Origin: a bacterium
GTDB lineage: Bacteria > Verrucomicrobiota > Verrucomicrobiia > Methylacidiphilales > Verrucolacustridaceae
Length of the DNA: 36,420 nucleotides
Direction of reading: 5' to 3'
Assembly (NCBI GenBank): GCA_009921985.1
Contig: RFWS01000001.1
Location: forward strand, 1 to 36,420
Within the stretch, counting starts at the first letter, position 1, and each line of letters begins with the position of its first letter. The notes beneath the pieces were generated by a model, which was given only the letters and a program-made list of their open reading frames with translations, searched no databases and was not told the DNA's origin. The position numbers and the translations under genes were made by a program. Of this stretch, positions 19,592-28,775 are shown one piece after another.

Positions 19592-21586
19592 TCAGCGGAC
19601 TCCGGAAGCCCGGACCATCTCGAGATACTCGCCCAAAGCAAGGAGCGGCCAGTTGTTCCGGTACATGTCATAGCGGAGGTAAAAGACGCAGGGGAATCCG
19701 GTGCCGGTGATGAGCTTCTCCTCCCAGCTACCGTCCTTGGACTGAGTCTCCACCAGATAACGGACGGCACGGCGAACGCTCGGCCGCTGGAGATCACCGC
19801 AGGCCAGCAAGCCCATCAACCCCCAGCCGGTCTGGGAGGCGGTGCTGATTCCCCGCCCCTTCATCCGGGGATCGTCGTACGAGCCACAGCTTTCGCCCCA
19901 GCCACCATCGGGATTCTGCGCGCACTCCAGCCAATCGCGGGCCCGCACCACCCAGGTATCGTTCATATCATAACCGATCGCACGCAGACCGCGCAGGACC
20001 TGCCAAGTCCCATAAACGTAGTTCACGCCCCAGCGACCGAACCAGGAGCCGTCCTCTTCCTGCGTCTTGCGCAGAAACGCAAGCGCCCGCTGGATCTGGG
20101 CGTGATTCTTGGAGACCCCCAGTTTGCCCATCGTTTCCAGGAGTCGGCCGGTGATGTCAGCGCAGGGCGGGTCGAGAATGGCGTTGTGGTCGGCGAAGGG
20201 CACATCCTCCAGCCAGGCCTTGTTCACGTTCTTATCAAAGGCCGCATAGCCGCCGTTGTCGCACTGGAAGCTCATCGCCCAACCCAGGCCGCGGTCCATC
20301 GCCTCCTTCTGCTGGGTGGGATGGGAAGCGGCCGCCCGACGGAGTCCCAGAAGAACCTTGGCGGTGTCGTCCACGTCCGGATACCAGTCGTTGAAAAACT
20401 CGAAGGCCCAACCGCCGGTGATCGGCGTTGGATTCTTCATCACGTAATCACCGCGCATCTTCACTTCCTTGGCGAGGAGCCAATCGGCCCCCTTCTGCAT
20501 GGCAGGATGATCTGGCTTCACACCGGCCGCACCCAAAGCGGTCAGGGTGATGGCGGTGTCCCAGACCGGACTGAGACAGGGTTGGACCCGGAAATCGCCG
20601 TGGGCGGAGTCGTCCACCTCCAGCCCTTCCAGGTCTTTGACCGCCTTGAGCATCCACGGGTGATCGTCCGCATAGCCGAGGCAGCGGAACGCGAGGATGG
20701 AGTTCATCATCGACGGGAAGATGGCCGCGAGTCCTTCCGATTCAGGTCCGGTGCGGTCGAGAATCCACTTTTCGGCAATTTTGAGCGCCTTCTTGCGGAA
20801 AGGCTTCCACGGCAAGCCCTCCAGGAAACCCAGTAACTCGTTCACCCGGACAAAGAAATTTTTCATCGAGAAGAAACGGTTCTCCACCGGGTGGAAGAAA
20901 GGGCCGCCTTCCACGCCGTAGGGATACAACTCGTGCAACTGCTTTTCCGGGGGGAGATGGGTGACCGGACGGAAACTGCGGATGATCGACATCGGCACCA
21001 CGATCGCCCGCGTCCAGGAACTCATTTCCGACATGTCGAACGGCGCCCACTTCGGCAGGAGCAAAATCTCCGGGGGAATATTGGGGAGATACTTCCACGG
21101 ATACTGCCCAAACATCGCCAGATAGAATTTGCAGTAAGTGTTGGAACTGGGGATTCCTCCTAGTCTCATGGCGGCGGCGCGGGCTTTGCGCATCTCGGGC
21201 TCATCCGGGGTGAAGCCCGCCAGCTTGAGGCTAAAGTAAGCCTTCACCGTGGCGGTCACATTGCTCGGACCGCCCGGATAGATCGGCCAACCGCCATCAG
21301 GCAATTGCCGCTGGAGAATGTGGCGGACGATCTTGGCTTCCTTGGCACGGTCCACTTTCCCGCGCAGATACATCAGAAGGTGGTAATCACAGGCCACTGT
21401 GCTGTCCACGAACAGCTCTCCGACCCAATACCCCTCGGGCTTCTGCAATCCGAGCAGATAGTCCCGGCAGGCGTGGACGGTCTTTTCGACCGCGGAAAGA
21501 TCAACATCGGCAGGATCCAAACCGACCAGCTCGGGGCTGGGGGCGCCTGTTCGCTTCGCTTCCGCCGGCAAAACTGGGTTCGACAT
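19592..21586 (-). CDS. shc: Squalene-hopene cyclase
   Basis: Catalytic YPDVDDTA (DXDD), QW repeats (QKPEGYW, QLPDGGW, QEEDGSWFGRWG, QNPDGGWGE, QSKDGSW), QPCLSPVWDT, GTGFP. Start at ATG 21586, downstream of TTGACC-N16-TAGGGT. Confidence 0.97.
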   Translation of the reverse strand: MSNPVLPAEAKRTGAPSPELVGLDPADVDLSAVEKTVHACRDYLLGLQKPEGYWVGELFVDSTVACDYHLLMYLRGKVDRAKEAKIVRHILQRQLPDGGWPIYPGGPSNVTATVKAYFSLKLAGFTPDEPEMRKARAAAMRLGGIPSSNTYCKFYLAMFGQYPWKYLPNIPPEILLLPKWAPFDMSEMSSWTRAIVVPMSIIRSFRPVTHLPPEKQLHELYPYGVEGGPFFHPVENRFFSMKNFFVRVNELLGFLEGLPWKPFRKKALKIAEKWILDRTGPESEGLAAIFPSMMNSILAFRCLGYADDHPWMLKAVKDLEGLEVDDSAHGDFRVQPCLSPVWDTAITLTALGAAGVKPDHPAMQKGADWLLAKEVKMRGDYVMKNPTPITGGWAFEFFNDWYPDVDDTAKVLLGLRRAAASHPTQQKEAMDRGLGWAMSFQCDNGGYAAFDKNVNKAWLEDVPFADHNAILDPPCADITGRLLETMGKLGVSKNHAQIQRALAFLRKTQEEDGSWFGRWGVNYVYGTWQVLRGLRAIGYDMNDTWVVRARDWLECAQNPDGGWGESCGSYDDPRMKGRGISTASQTGWGLMGLLACGDLQRPSVRRAVRYLVETQSKDGSWEEKLITGTGFPCVFYLRYDMYRNNWPLLALGEYLEMVRASGVR

Positions 21587-21662
21587 AGCCCATGACCCTA
21601 GCCGTGCAAAAAAATCGGTCAAATCGAACCAGTTTTTATGCTAATTATTGATTATTATGTGC

Positions 21663-24190
21663 TTATGAATTAGATGCCCAGGTGATTAACCGTAGCTCAT
21701 GGGCCTGGGTAAGGGACGGATTTGAGGGCCGGACACGTACATTGAATTGGAAGTTACCCGAATCCTTCACCTCCACCCGCCCGGCGTACTTGACCCACCC
21801 TTGCGAAACCTCCCCCGTCGGCTCTAACCGGATGGCCAAGGAAGGCCCTTGGGGATCTACGGCCTTCACGTAGGCCTCGACCGCGACTTCCTCGTTTTTC
21901 AGGGAACCCAGTAAAACATGGGCGGAGACAGAAACACTGTCCCCAACGCTGACGGTGGTGCCGTTGCCGCCCGACCAGGTCACACCGTTCGCCTTTACCC
22001 CGGACCACGCGTTCCGCACCCGGTCTTTCCAGACCGCCAACTCCCGCGACTTGGCAAATTGGTTGTCCGCGAACATTCGCCCCTTTTCCGCGGCCCTTTT
22101 GTAAAAGTTTTCTGCATACTCCCCCACCATCCGCTGGGTGTTGTAGACCGGTCCGATCGTCATCAGGCTGCGGCGTACCCGGTCAATCCAGCGCTTGGGC
22201 ACCCCGTCGGAATCCTGCTCGTAATACAGCGGCACAATCTCATGCTGCAGAATTTCATAGATGGAGAAGGCGTCGAACTCGTCCTGCACCTCAGGCTCCA
22301 GACGCAACCCGTCCTCACCGATTGCCCAGCCGTTTGTACCGTCAAAGGCCTCGTCCCACCATCCGTCCCGGACCGAGAAGTTGAGGCAACCATTGGTAAT
22401 CACCTTCTCCCCGCTGGTGCCGCTGGCTTCGAGCGGACGCGTGGGATTGTTCAACCAGACGTCGCATCCGTGGTAAAGATGGCGGGCCACGTTAAAGTCG
22501 TAGTTCTCCACGAAGACGATCTTGTTTCTAAAGACCGGCATCTCGGAAACCTTGACGATCAGCTGGATCAGCTTTTTGCCGCCCTCGTCGGCTGGGTGCG
22601 CCTTCCCCGCAAAAACAAACTGCACGGGATATTTCGGGTCGTTCACGATGGCCGCCAGCTTGTCGAGGTCGCGAAAGAGCAGGGCCGCCCGCTTGTAGGT
22701 GGCAAACCGGCGTGCGAAGCCGATGGTCAGGGCCTTGGGATTCAGCATGAGCTGGGCGGCGCGGATCTCCTCTGGCTTCACCCCGTTGCGGATCCGCTGA
22801 TTCCGGACATTGTTCCGCACAAACTCCAGCAACCGGGTTTTTAGCTTCAGGTGGACGGTCCAGTACTCCTTGTCCTTGAAATCGACCCTCTTTTTCCACT
22901 GGCCGGCCTCGGCCAAGTCATTCTCCGTGAAGACCCCCTCCTCTTTTTCGAGCAACTGGCGGATTTCCGGGGCCATCCAGGTGAAGGTGTGGATGCCGTT
23001 GGTGACATGCCGGATTGGGATCTCCTTTTTCGGCACTCCTGGCCAGACGCTCTGCCACATCTCGCGGGAAACGCGACCGTGAATGGCGCTCACCCCGTTG
23101 GCCTGGCGGGAAAGCCGCAGCGCCAGGATGGTCATGCTGCCCGGATGTAATCGGCGAAATACTTCTCCATGAGTTTGGGATCGAAGGCATCGTTGCCCGC
23201 CGGCACCGGCGTGTGGGTGGTGAAGACGCTGCTGGCCGCCACGGGTTGCAACGCCTCGATGAAGGAAAGTTTTTCGCGGGAAACCAGCATCCGGATCCGC
23301 TCCAGACCGAGGAACGCCGCATGTCCCTCGTTCATGTGGAAAACCGACGGTTGGAGGCCCATCGCATCGAGAGCCTTCACCCCGCCGATGCCGAGAACAA
23401 TTTCCTGACGTACCCGCATGTCGTGGTCACCCCCGTACAGTTGGTAGGTGATATTCCGGTCATCCTGGGCGTTGGAGGGAAGATCTGTGTCGAGGAGGAA
23501 GAGGCGGGTTACCCCGATCCGGACTTCCCACACCTTGGCCCTCACCTTCCGCCCGGGCATGTCCAATTCCACCACCACCGGGGTCTTGCCGTCCGATCCC
23601 AGTGCCTCTCGTACCGGCAGATCGTGGAAAACGTTGTCCACGATGTTGGCCTCCTGCCATCCATCCCGGTTGATCTTCTGGGAAAAATAGCCGAAGCGGT
23701 AAAGCAGGCCCACCGCCACAAACGGCAACCCCAGATCGCTGGCCGATTTACAGTGATCCCCGGCCAGAATGCCGAGGCCTCCTGAATACACCGGCAGGGA
23801 TTCGTGAAAACCGAATTCCGCGGAGAAATAGGCCACCAAAGGTGAATCCTTTTTCTCTTTGGGCATGTTTTTTGTGAACCAGGTGCTTTTCCGGTTTAGA
23901 TAGGCCTCCAGCTTGTCATGCACCTTTTCCAACCGGTCGCGGTAGGCCTTGTCCTTGGCGAGCGCCTCGAGCCTCGTCTGCTTGACCAGCCGAAGCATTT
24001 TCACCGGACTATGGCCGCACTCTTCCCAAAGGGTTGGATCGAGCTCCTTGAATAGTTCCAAGGCATCGAAGTTCCAACTGAACCAAAGGTTGAAAGCGAT
24101 CCGTCGAAGGGATTCAAGACCCTCCGGAACCCTCGGAACCACCGATACATTGAATGGCCACTTCTGGGCCGTCACAACAGGCTCTGGCAT
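21663..24190 (-). pseudogene. glgP: Alpha-glucan (glycogen) phosphorylase, split as assembled (23132..24190 and 21663..23135)
   Basis: VAYFSAEFG, YSGGLGILAGDH, HMNEGH, FTTHTPVPAG in the 5' ORF; NGVSAIHG, TNGIH, FARRFATYKRA, FAGKAHP and the PLP-lysine motif EASGTSGEK in the 3' ORF. Confidence 0.93.
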
Positions 24191-24241
24191 AAAGGGGTGA
24201 GAATGAAGAAGTTACTGCAGGCAGGCTAGAAAATTTTCCGC

Positions 24242-24772
24242 CTACTTGATCAAAGTCTGGAGCTCCTTGAACTTCGGATGCTCCGCCGTCTCCAGCAGTT
24301 CAAACAACACCGCCTCGGTGGTGGTCACCACGATTCCATCGTGCCTCATTTCTTGCAGGGCCAACTCTCGGTCCGATATTTTTCGCGATCCCACCGCATC
24401 CGCCACCAAAACCGGCTGAACCTCCCGGAGTCTAAGTTCATAAACTGTTTGCCGGACGCAGACGTGGGCCTCGCAGCCCGCCACCAACACCCGTTTTTTC
24501 CCCAGACCCTTGCCGGCTTCCGCCGCCGAAAATTTGGTTTTGGAAACGGGAGCGATCTTCCCGGCCGCCTGCAGGATGGCCGGAACCGTCTTGCCCAGCT
24601 TGGCCGGTACCTGTTCGGTGATCGCCACGGGAATTTCCAGCAGCTTGGCGGCCTTCACCAGAATTCCCACGCGCTCCACCCAACCGGCCGGTTCCTGCAC
24701 CGCCGCCACCAATTTTTCCTGTACGTCGACGACGAGCAGGCCGGTCTCAGGAGTCCGCAACCGCCAGGACAT
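24242..24772 (-). CDS. Isochorismatase-family hydrolase (YcaC/ISOC-like)
   Basis: LLVVDVQEKL, TEQVPAKLGKTV, KTKFS, GCEAHVCVRQT, ADAVGSR. Confidence 0.9.
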   Translation of the reverse strand: MSWRLRTPETGLLVVDVQEKLVAAVQEPAGWVERVGILVKAAKLLEIPVAITEQVPAKLGKTVPAILQAAGKIAPVSKTKFSAAEAGKGLGKKRVLVAGCEAHVCVRQTVYELRLREVQPVLVADAVGSRKISDRELALQEMRHDGIVVTTTEAVLFELLETAEHPKFKELQTLIK

Positions 24773-24773
24773 C

Positions 24774-26705
24774 TTACCCCTCCTCGGAGGAGGATGACTG
24801 CAGGGAGGCGATCACGTTGAGATCCTCCAGCGTGGTTACGTCCCCTTTCACCGCCCCGCCGGCGGCGATCTCCTTGAGGAGCCGCCGCATGATCTTTCCA
24901 CTGCGGGTTTTGGGCAGGGCTTCGGCAAAGCGGATCTGGTCCGGCTTGGCGATCGGGCCGATCTCCTTGCTCACTTGCTCCCGCAAGGCCGCGATCAGGG
25001 CATCTCCGGCCTTTTGACCGGACTTCAGGGTGACAAAGGCTACCACGGCCTGACCCTTGAGATCGTCCGGCCGGCCCACCACTGCCGCCTCCGCCACCGC
25101 GGGATGGCTCACCAAGGCGCTCTCCACCTCCGCCGTGCCCAACCGGTGGCCGGACACGTTCAACACGTCGTCGATCCGGCCGATCACGTGGAAATATCCG
25201 TCTCGGTCCCGTTTGGCGCCGTCGCCGGTGAAATAACAGCCGCGCACCTCGCTCCAGTACTGCTTTTTGAACCGCTCCGCATCACCATAGATCGTCCGCA
25301 GCATCGAGGGCCAGGGTTTGCGGATCACCAGCTTGCCCTGCACCCCGTCTTTTACCGGCTTGCCGTGATCATCCACCACCGCCAGGTCCGCCCCGAAGAA
25401 CGGCAACCCGGCGAGGCCCGGTTTCATTGCGTGCACCCCGGGTAGGGTCGTCAGCATGTGACTACCCGTCTCCGTCTGCCACCAGGTGTCCACGATCGGG
25501 CAGCGTCCCCCGCCCACCACGCGGTGGTACCAATGCCACGCCTCCGGGTTGATCGGCTCCCCGACGGAGCCTAGCAACCGGAGGGTCGAAAGGTCGTGCT
25601 TCTGGAGCCAATGGTCGCCCCACCGGATGAACGCCCGGATCGCGGTGGGCGCCGTGTAAAAAATCGTCACGCGGTGTTTGGCGATGATCCGCCAGAATCG
25701 GTCCGGCTCGGGTTGGTTGGGTGCGCCCTCGTACATCAGCGTGGTCGCCCCGTTGCTCAACGCCCCGTACACCGCATAACTGTGCCCGGTCACCCATCCC
25801 ACGTCGGCCGTGCACCAGAAAAGGTCGTGTTCCTTGAGATCAAAGACCCACTTCGTCGTGAGATGCGCCCCCAAGAGGTAACCCGCGGTACTATGCAGGA
25901 TGCCCTTGGGTTTTCCCGTGCTCCCGCTGGTGTAAAGGATGAACAACGGATCCTCGCTCTCCACGTTCTCAGGCGGGAAATCCGGCGGCTGATGCGGGGT
26001 GAGATCATGCCACCAGCGGTCAATTTCGTTCAACTTCTCCACCGTGCCGGTGCGCTTCAGCACGATCACCCTCCGCACCTCCGGACAGCCCGCCACCGCC
26101 GCATCCACGTTCTTCTTCAGATTCACCACTTGGCCCCGCCGGTAACCCCCGTCGGCGGTGATCACCATCTTCGCCCCGCAGTCATGGATCCGGTCTTTGA
26201 GCGCCTCGGCGCTGAAGCCGCCAAATACCACGCTGTGGACCGCCCCGATTCGGGCGCAGGCCAGCATGGCGATGGCCGCCTCCGGTACCATCGGCAGGTA
26301 AATCATCACCCGGTCCCCTTTGCGGATCCCTTCCCCGTGCAGGGCGTGGGCAAAGCGGCAGACCTCGTCGTGCAACTGCTGGTAAGTAATCACCCGGACA
26401 TCGCCCGGTTCCCCCTCAAACACGATGGCCGCCTTATGCCGACGCGGGCCGTGCAGATGCCGGTCGAGACAGTTATGGCTGAGATTGAGTCGTCCGCCGC
26501 CGAACCACTTCGCAAACGGCTCCTTCCATTCCAGCACCTTTTTGGGCTCCTGAAACCAGCTCAACTCCTCCTTGGCCATCCGCCCCCAGAATTTTTTTGG
26601 GTTTTGCACCGACTCACGATGCAGCGTCTTGTATTTGGCCGGACTGTTAAATACCGCCTGTTTCACAAAAGCGGGCGAGGGTTTGAATTTCCCGGGTTGG
26701 CTCAT
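24774..26705 (-). CDS. acs: Acetyl-CoA synthetase
   Basis: [54 protein letters not shown]. True start is ATG 26705 (ATGA overlap with coaC; AGGAG upstream). Confidence 0.97.
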   Translation of the reverse strand: MSQPGKFKPSPAFVKQAVFNSPAKYKTLHRESVQNPKKFWGRMAKEELSWFQEPKKVLEWKEPFAKWFGGGRLNLSHNCLDRHLHGPRRHKAAIVFEGEPGDVRVITYQQLHDEVCRFAHALHGEGIRKGDRVMIYLPMVPEAAIAMLACARIGAVHSVVFGGFSAEALKDRIHDCGAKMVITADGGYRRGQVVNLKKNVDAAVAGCPEVRRVIVLKRTGTVEKLNEIDRWWHDLTPHQPPDFPPENVESEDPLFILYTSGSTGKPKGILHSTAGYLLGAHLTTKWVFDLKEHDLFWCTADVGWVTGHSYAVYGALSNGATTLMYEGAPNQPEPDRFWRIIAKHRVTIFYTAPTAIRAFIRWGDHWLQKHDLSTLRLLGSVGEPINPEAWHWYHRVVGGGRCPIVDTWWQTETGSHMLTTLPGVHAMKPGLAGLPFFGADLAVVDDHGKPVKDGVQGKLVIRKPWPSMLRTIYGDAERFKKQYWSEVRGCYFTGDGAKRDRDGYFHVIGRIDDVLNVSGHRLGTAEVESALVSHPAVAEAAVVGRPDDLKGQAVVAFVTLKSGQKAGDALIAALREQVSKEIGPIAKPDQIRFAEALPKTRSGKIMRRLLKEIAAGGAVKGDVTTLEDLNVIASLQSSSSEEG

Positions 26706-27265
26706 TTTTTCTCCTCCTTTTTTAGAATCTCCTTCACGCGCCTCAAAATTTCCTCCGTGGGGGCCAGCCGGCCCGGCCCCTCCGCCCCGCAGGCAAGGCG
26801 ACCTTCGGCCGGTCCGGCCCAGATCACCCCGCGGGAGGTCAGTTGATTCACATTTTCCCGGGTGGCGGGGTGGGTCCACATGTTTGTGTTCATCGCCGGC
26901 GCCAACACCAAAGGCGCCCGCGTGGCCAGGAGGACCGCGCCCAGCACATCCGCGGCGAAGCCATGGGCCGCCCGGGCCAGAAAGTCGGCGCTCGCCGGGG
27001 CCACCACGACCACATCGGCTGTCTGGGCCAGATCCAGATGGGACATCCTTCCCCCCTCTCCCTCTTCCCAAAGGGAGGTGTGGACCGGACGATGCGTCAG
27101 GGCAGCCAGGGACAACGCCGGAAGAAAGCGGGCCCCGTCCGGCGTCAGGATGGCGTGGACTTCCCAGCCTTCTTTCACCATCGCGCTGGCCAGATCCGCC
27201 GCCCGGAACGCCGCAATCGAGCCGGTCACCCCCAATACGATCCGGATACTCGGCTTCTCAGCCAT
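26702..27265 (-). CDS. coaC: Phosphopantothenoylcysteine decarboxylase (stand-alone CoaC)
   Basis: [43 protein letters not shown]; ends at 187 aa with no CoaB domain. Confidence 0.9.
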   Translation of the reverse strand: MAEKPSIRIVLGVTGSIAAFRAADLASAMVKEGWEVHAILTPDGARFLPALSLAALTHRPVHTSLWEEGEGGRMSHLDLAQTADVVVVAPASADFLARAAHGFAADVLGAVLLATRAPLVLAPAMNTNMWTHPATRENVNQLTSRGVIWAGPAEGRLACGAEGPGRLAPTEEILRRVKEILKKEEKK

Positions 27266-27872
27266 GGCTCAGGTTGAGTCTCCGGCTCAGGTAACGCTCC
27301 GCCCGGATGATGGCACGGAACTTGATCAGATCCTCTTCCATGGAGCTGCTTAGGATGGTGTACCGGTAGCTCTTCCAGTCCGCCATCTCGGCATTGGCCG
27401 CATCGATCCGCTTGTCGATCTGGGCGGCCGTCTCTGTGCCCCGTCCTTCCAGCCTGCGACGGAGTTCCCCAAGATCCGGCGGCATAATGAAGATGTCGGC
27501 CAAGGCAGCCCGGATGCTTGGATCTTGGGAGTCCCGGATCTGCCGGGCCCCCTGCACATCAATGTCCAACAACACGTCGCGACCAGCAGCCAAGTGCTCT
27601 AGGATCGGCCCCTTCGGCGTCCCGTAGTAATGACCGTAGACATCGGCATGCTCGAGCATGTCCCCGGCCTTGATCCTTTTTTCAAATTCACCCCGGGGGA
27701 GAAAATAGTAGTCGGTTCCATCCTTCTCCCCCTTCCGGATCGGGCGTGTCGTGCAACTCACCGAGTACACCAGGTCCGGCGTCTGGCGCACGTTGGAGCA
27801 AAGGGTGGTCTTGCCGGTGCCGGATGGCGCGGACACTACGAACAAAATTCCGGAGCGGGTGAAGTTATTCAA
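27258..27872 (-). CDS. gmk: Guanylate kinase
   Basis: VSAPSGTGKTT, SVSCTTRPIRKGEKDGTDYYF, YYGTP, LDIDVQGA. Confidence 0.97.
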   Translation of the reverse strand: MNNFTRSGILFVVSAPSGTGKTTLCSNVRQTPDLVYSVSCTTRPIRKGEKDGTDYYFLPRGEFEKRIKAGDMLEHADVYGHYYGTPKGPILEHLAAGRDVLLDIDVQGARQIRDSQDPSIRAALADIFIMPPDLGELRRRLEGRGTETAAQIDKRIDAANAEMADWKSYRYTILSSSMEEDLIKFRAIIRAERYLSRRLNLSHG

Positions 27873-28740
27873 GGTTCGCCGCCTGCTCCCTCAGCTTCTC
27901 GAGCTCGGATTTGAATTCGATCGCCAGCCTCGTCAGCTCCAGGGTGCCGGATTTCGAACCCACCGTGTTGGCCTCCCTCATCAGCTCCTGGATCAAAAAC
28001 TCCAGCGTCCGTCCTCCCGGAGCCCGCTTCCCCGTCAGGCCGACGGCCTCGGTGAGATGGGCCCGGATCCGGCCGATTTCCTCAGTCACATCCCCACGGT
28101 CTGCCGCCGAGGACACTTCCTTGAAAAGCCTCTCGGGTTCCAGTTCTACCCCGGCCTCGCTGGCCAACTCCTGCAGGCGGACCCGCAACCGCTCCCCTTG
28201 GTTTTTACGCATGGCAGCAGCCGATTTTTCCATCCTCACACGGACGGCTTCCATCCTGCTCAGGTGTTGTTTGAGGGAGCGGACCATATGCCCGCCTTCC
28301 TTTTCCCGGGTGGATACCATTTTGGCCAAGGCGGCCCTGATTCCGGCGAGAATCTTGCGGTCATCCTTGGGCGTGAGAGGATAGCCCTGCACGGAGACCA
28401 CCCCGGGTAACCCGAGAAGATCGGACCAGGAGGGTCCGCCCGAAACCCCGAGTTTTTTCCCGGCGGATCGCAACTGGGCGGCATAAGCGGACGCCTTTTC
28501 CAGGTCCAAACTGCGGCCGTTGCGGGAAGGGGCGGACTCGGCCTGAATGGCCACGGTCACCTTGCCCCGGGCCGCCTGCCGGGCCACTTCCTCGCGAATT
28601 TCCCGCTCCAGACGTGCCAGATCGCCGGGAAGATACACAATCACCTCAAGGCCGCGCTTGTTGACCGAGGAGACCTCCACGCGGAAAGCGGCATGGGACG
28701 TGGCCACCTTGGCCGAGCCAAAACCGGTCATGCTGCGCAT
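27865..28740 (-). CDS. yicC: YicC/YloC family endoribonuclease
   Basis: MRSMTGFG, SVNKRGLE, RGKV, DVTEEIGRIRAH, GRTLEFLIQELMREANTVGSK, EKLREQAANLE; conserved position upstream of gmk. Confidence 0.95.
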   Translation of the reverse strand: MRSMTGFGSAKVATSHAAFRVEVSSVNKRGLEVIVYLPGDLARLEREIREEVARQAARGKVTVAIQAESAPSRNGRSLDLEKASAYAAQLRSAGKKLGVSGGPSWSDLLGLPGVVSVQGYPLTPKDDRKILAGIRAALAKMVSTREKEGGHMVRSLKQHLSRMEAVRVRMEKSAAAMRKNQGERLRVRLQELASEAGVELEPERLFKEVSSAADRGDVTEEIGRIRAHLTEAVGLTGKRAPGGRTLEFLIQELMREANTVGSKSGTLELTRLAIEFKSELEKLREQAANLE

Positions 28741-28746
28741 CGGGAA

Positions 28747-28775
28747 ATCCTACGGGCAAAGACCCGGCGGCTCAA
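28747..28775 (-). promoter_or_regulatory. Promoter TTGAGC-N17-TAGGAT, 6 nt before the yicC ATG (leaderless-type)
   Basis: gctcaa 28770-28775, atccta 28747-28752, ATG at 28740. Confidence 0.6.

Noticed and set aside
19187-20836. Long alternative-frame ORFs (549 aa here; also 25596..26846, 30405..31625, 35226..36203, 10728..11771)
   Set aside because: Antisense shadows of well-supported genes, expected at high GC; no recognisable motifs.
26706-27071. 122-aa N-terminal extension on Acs
   Set aside because: Overlaps coaC in another frame; the real start is ATG 26705 with a ribosome-binding site.
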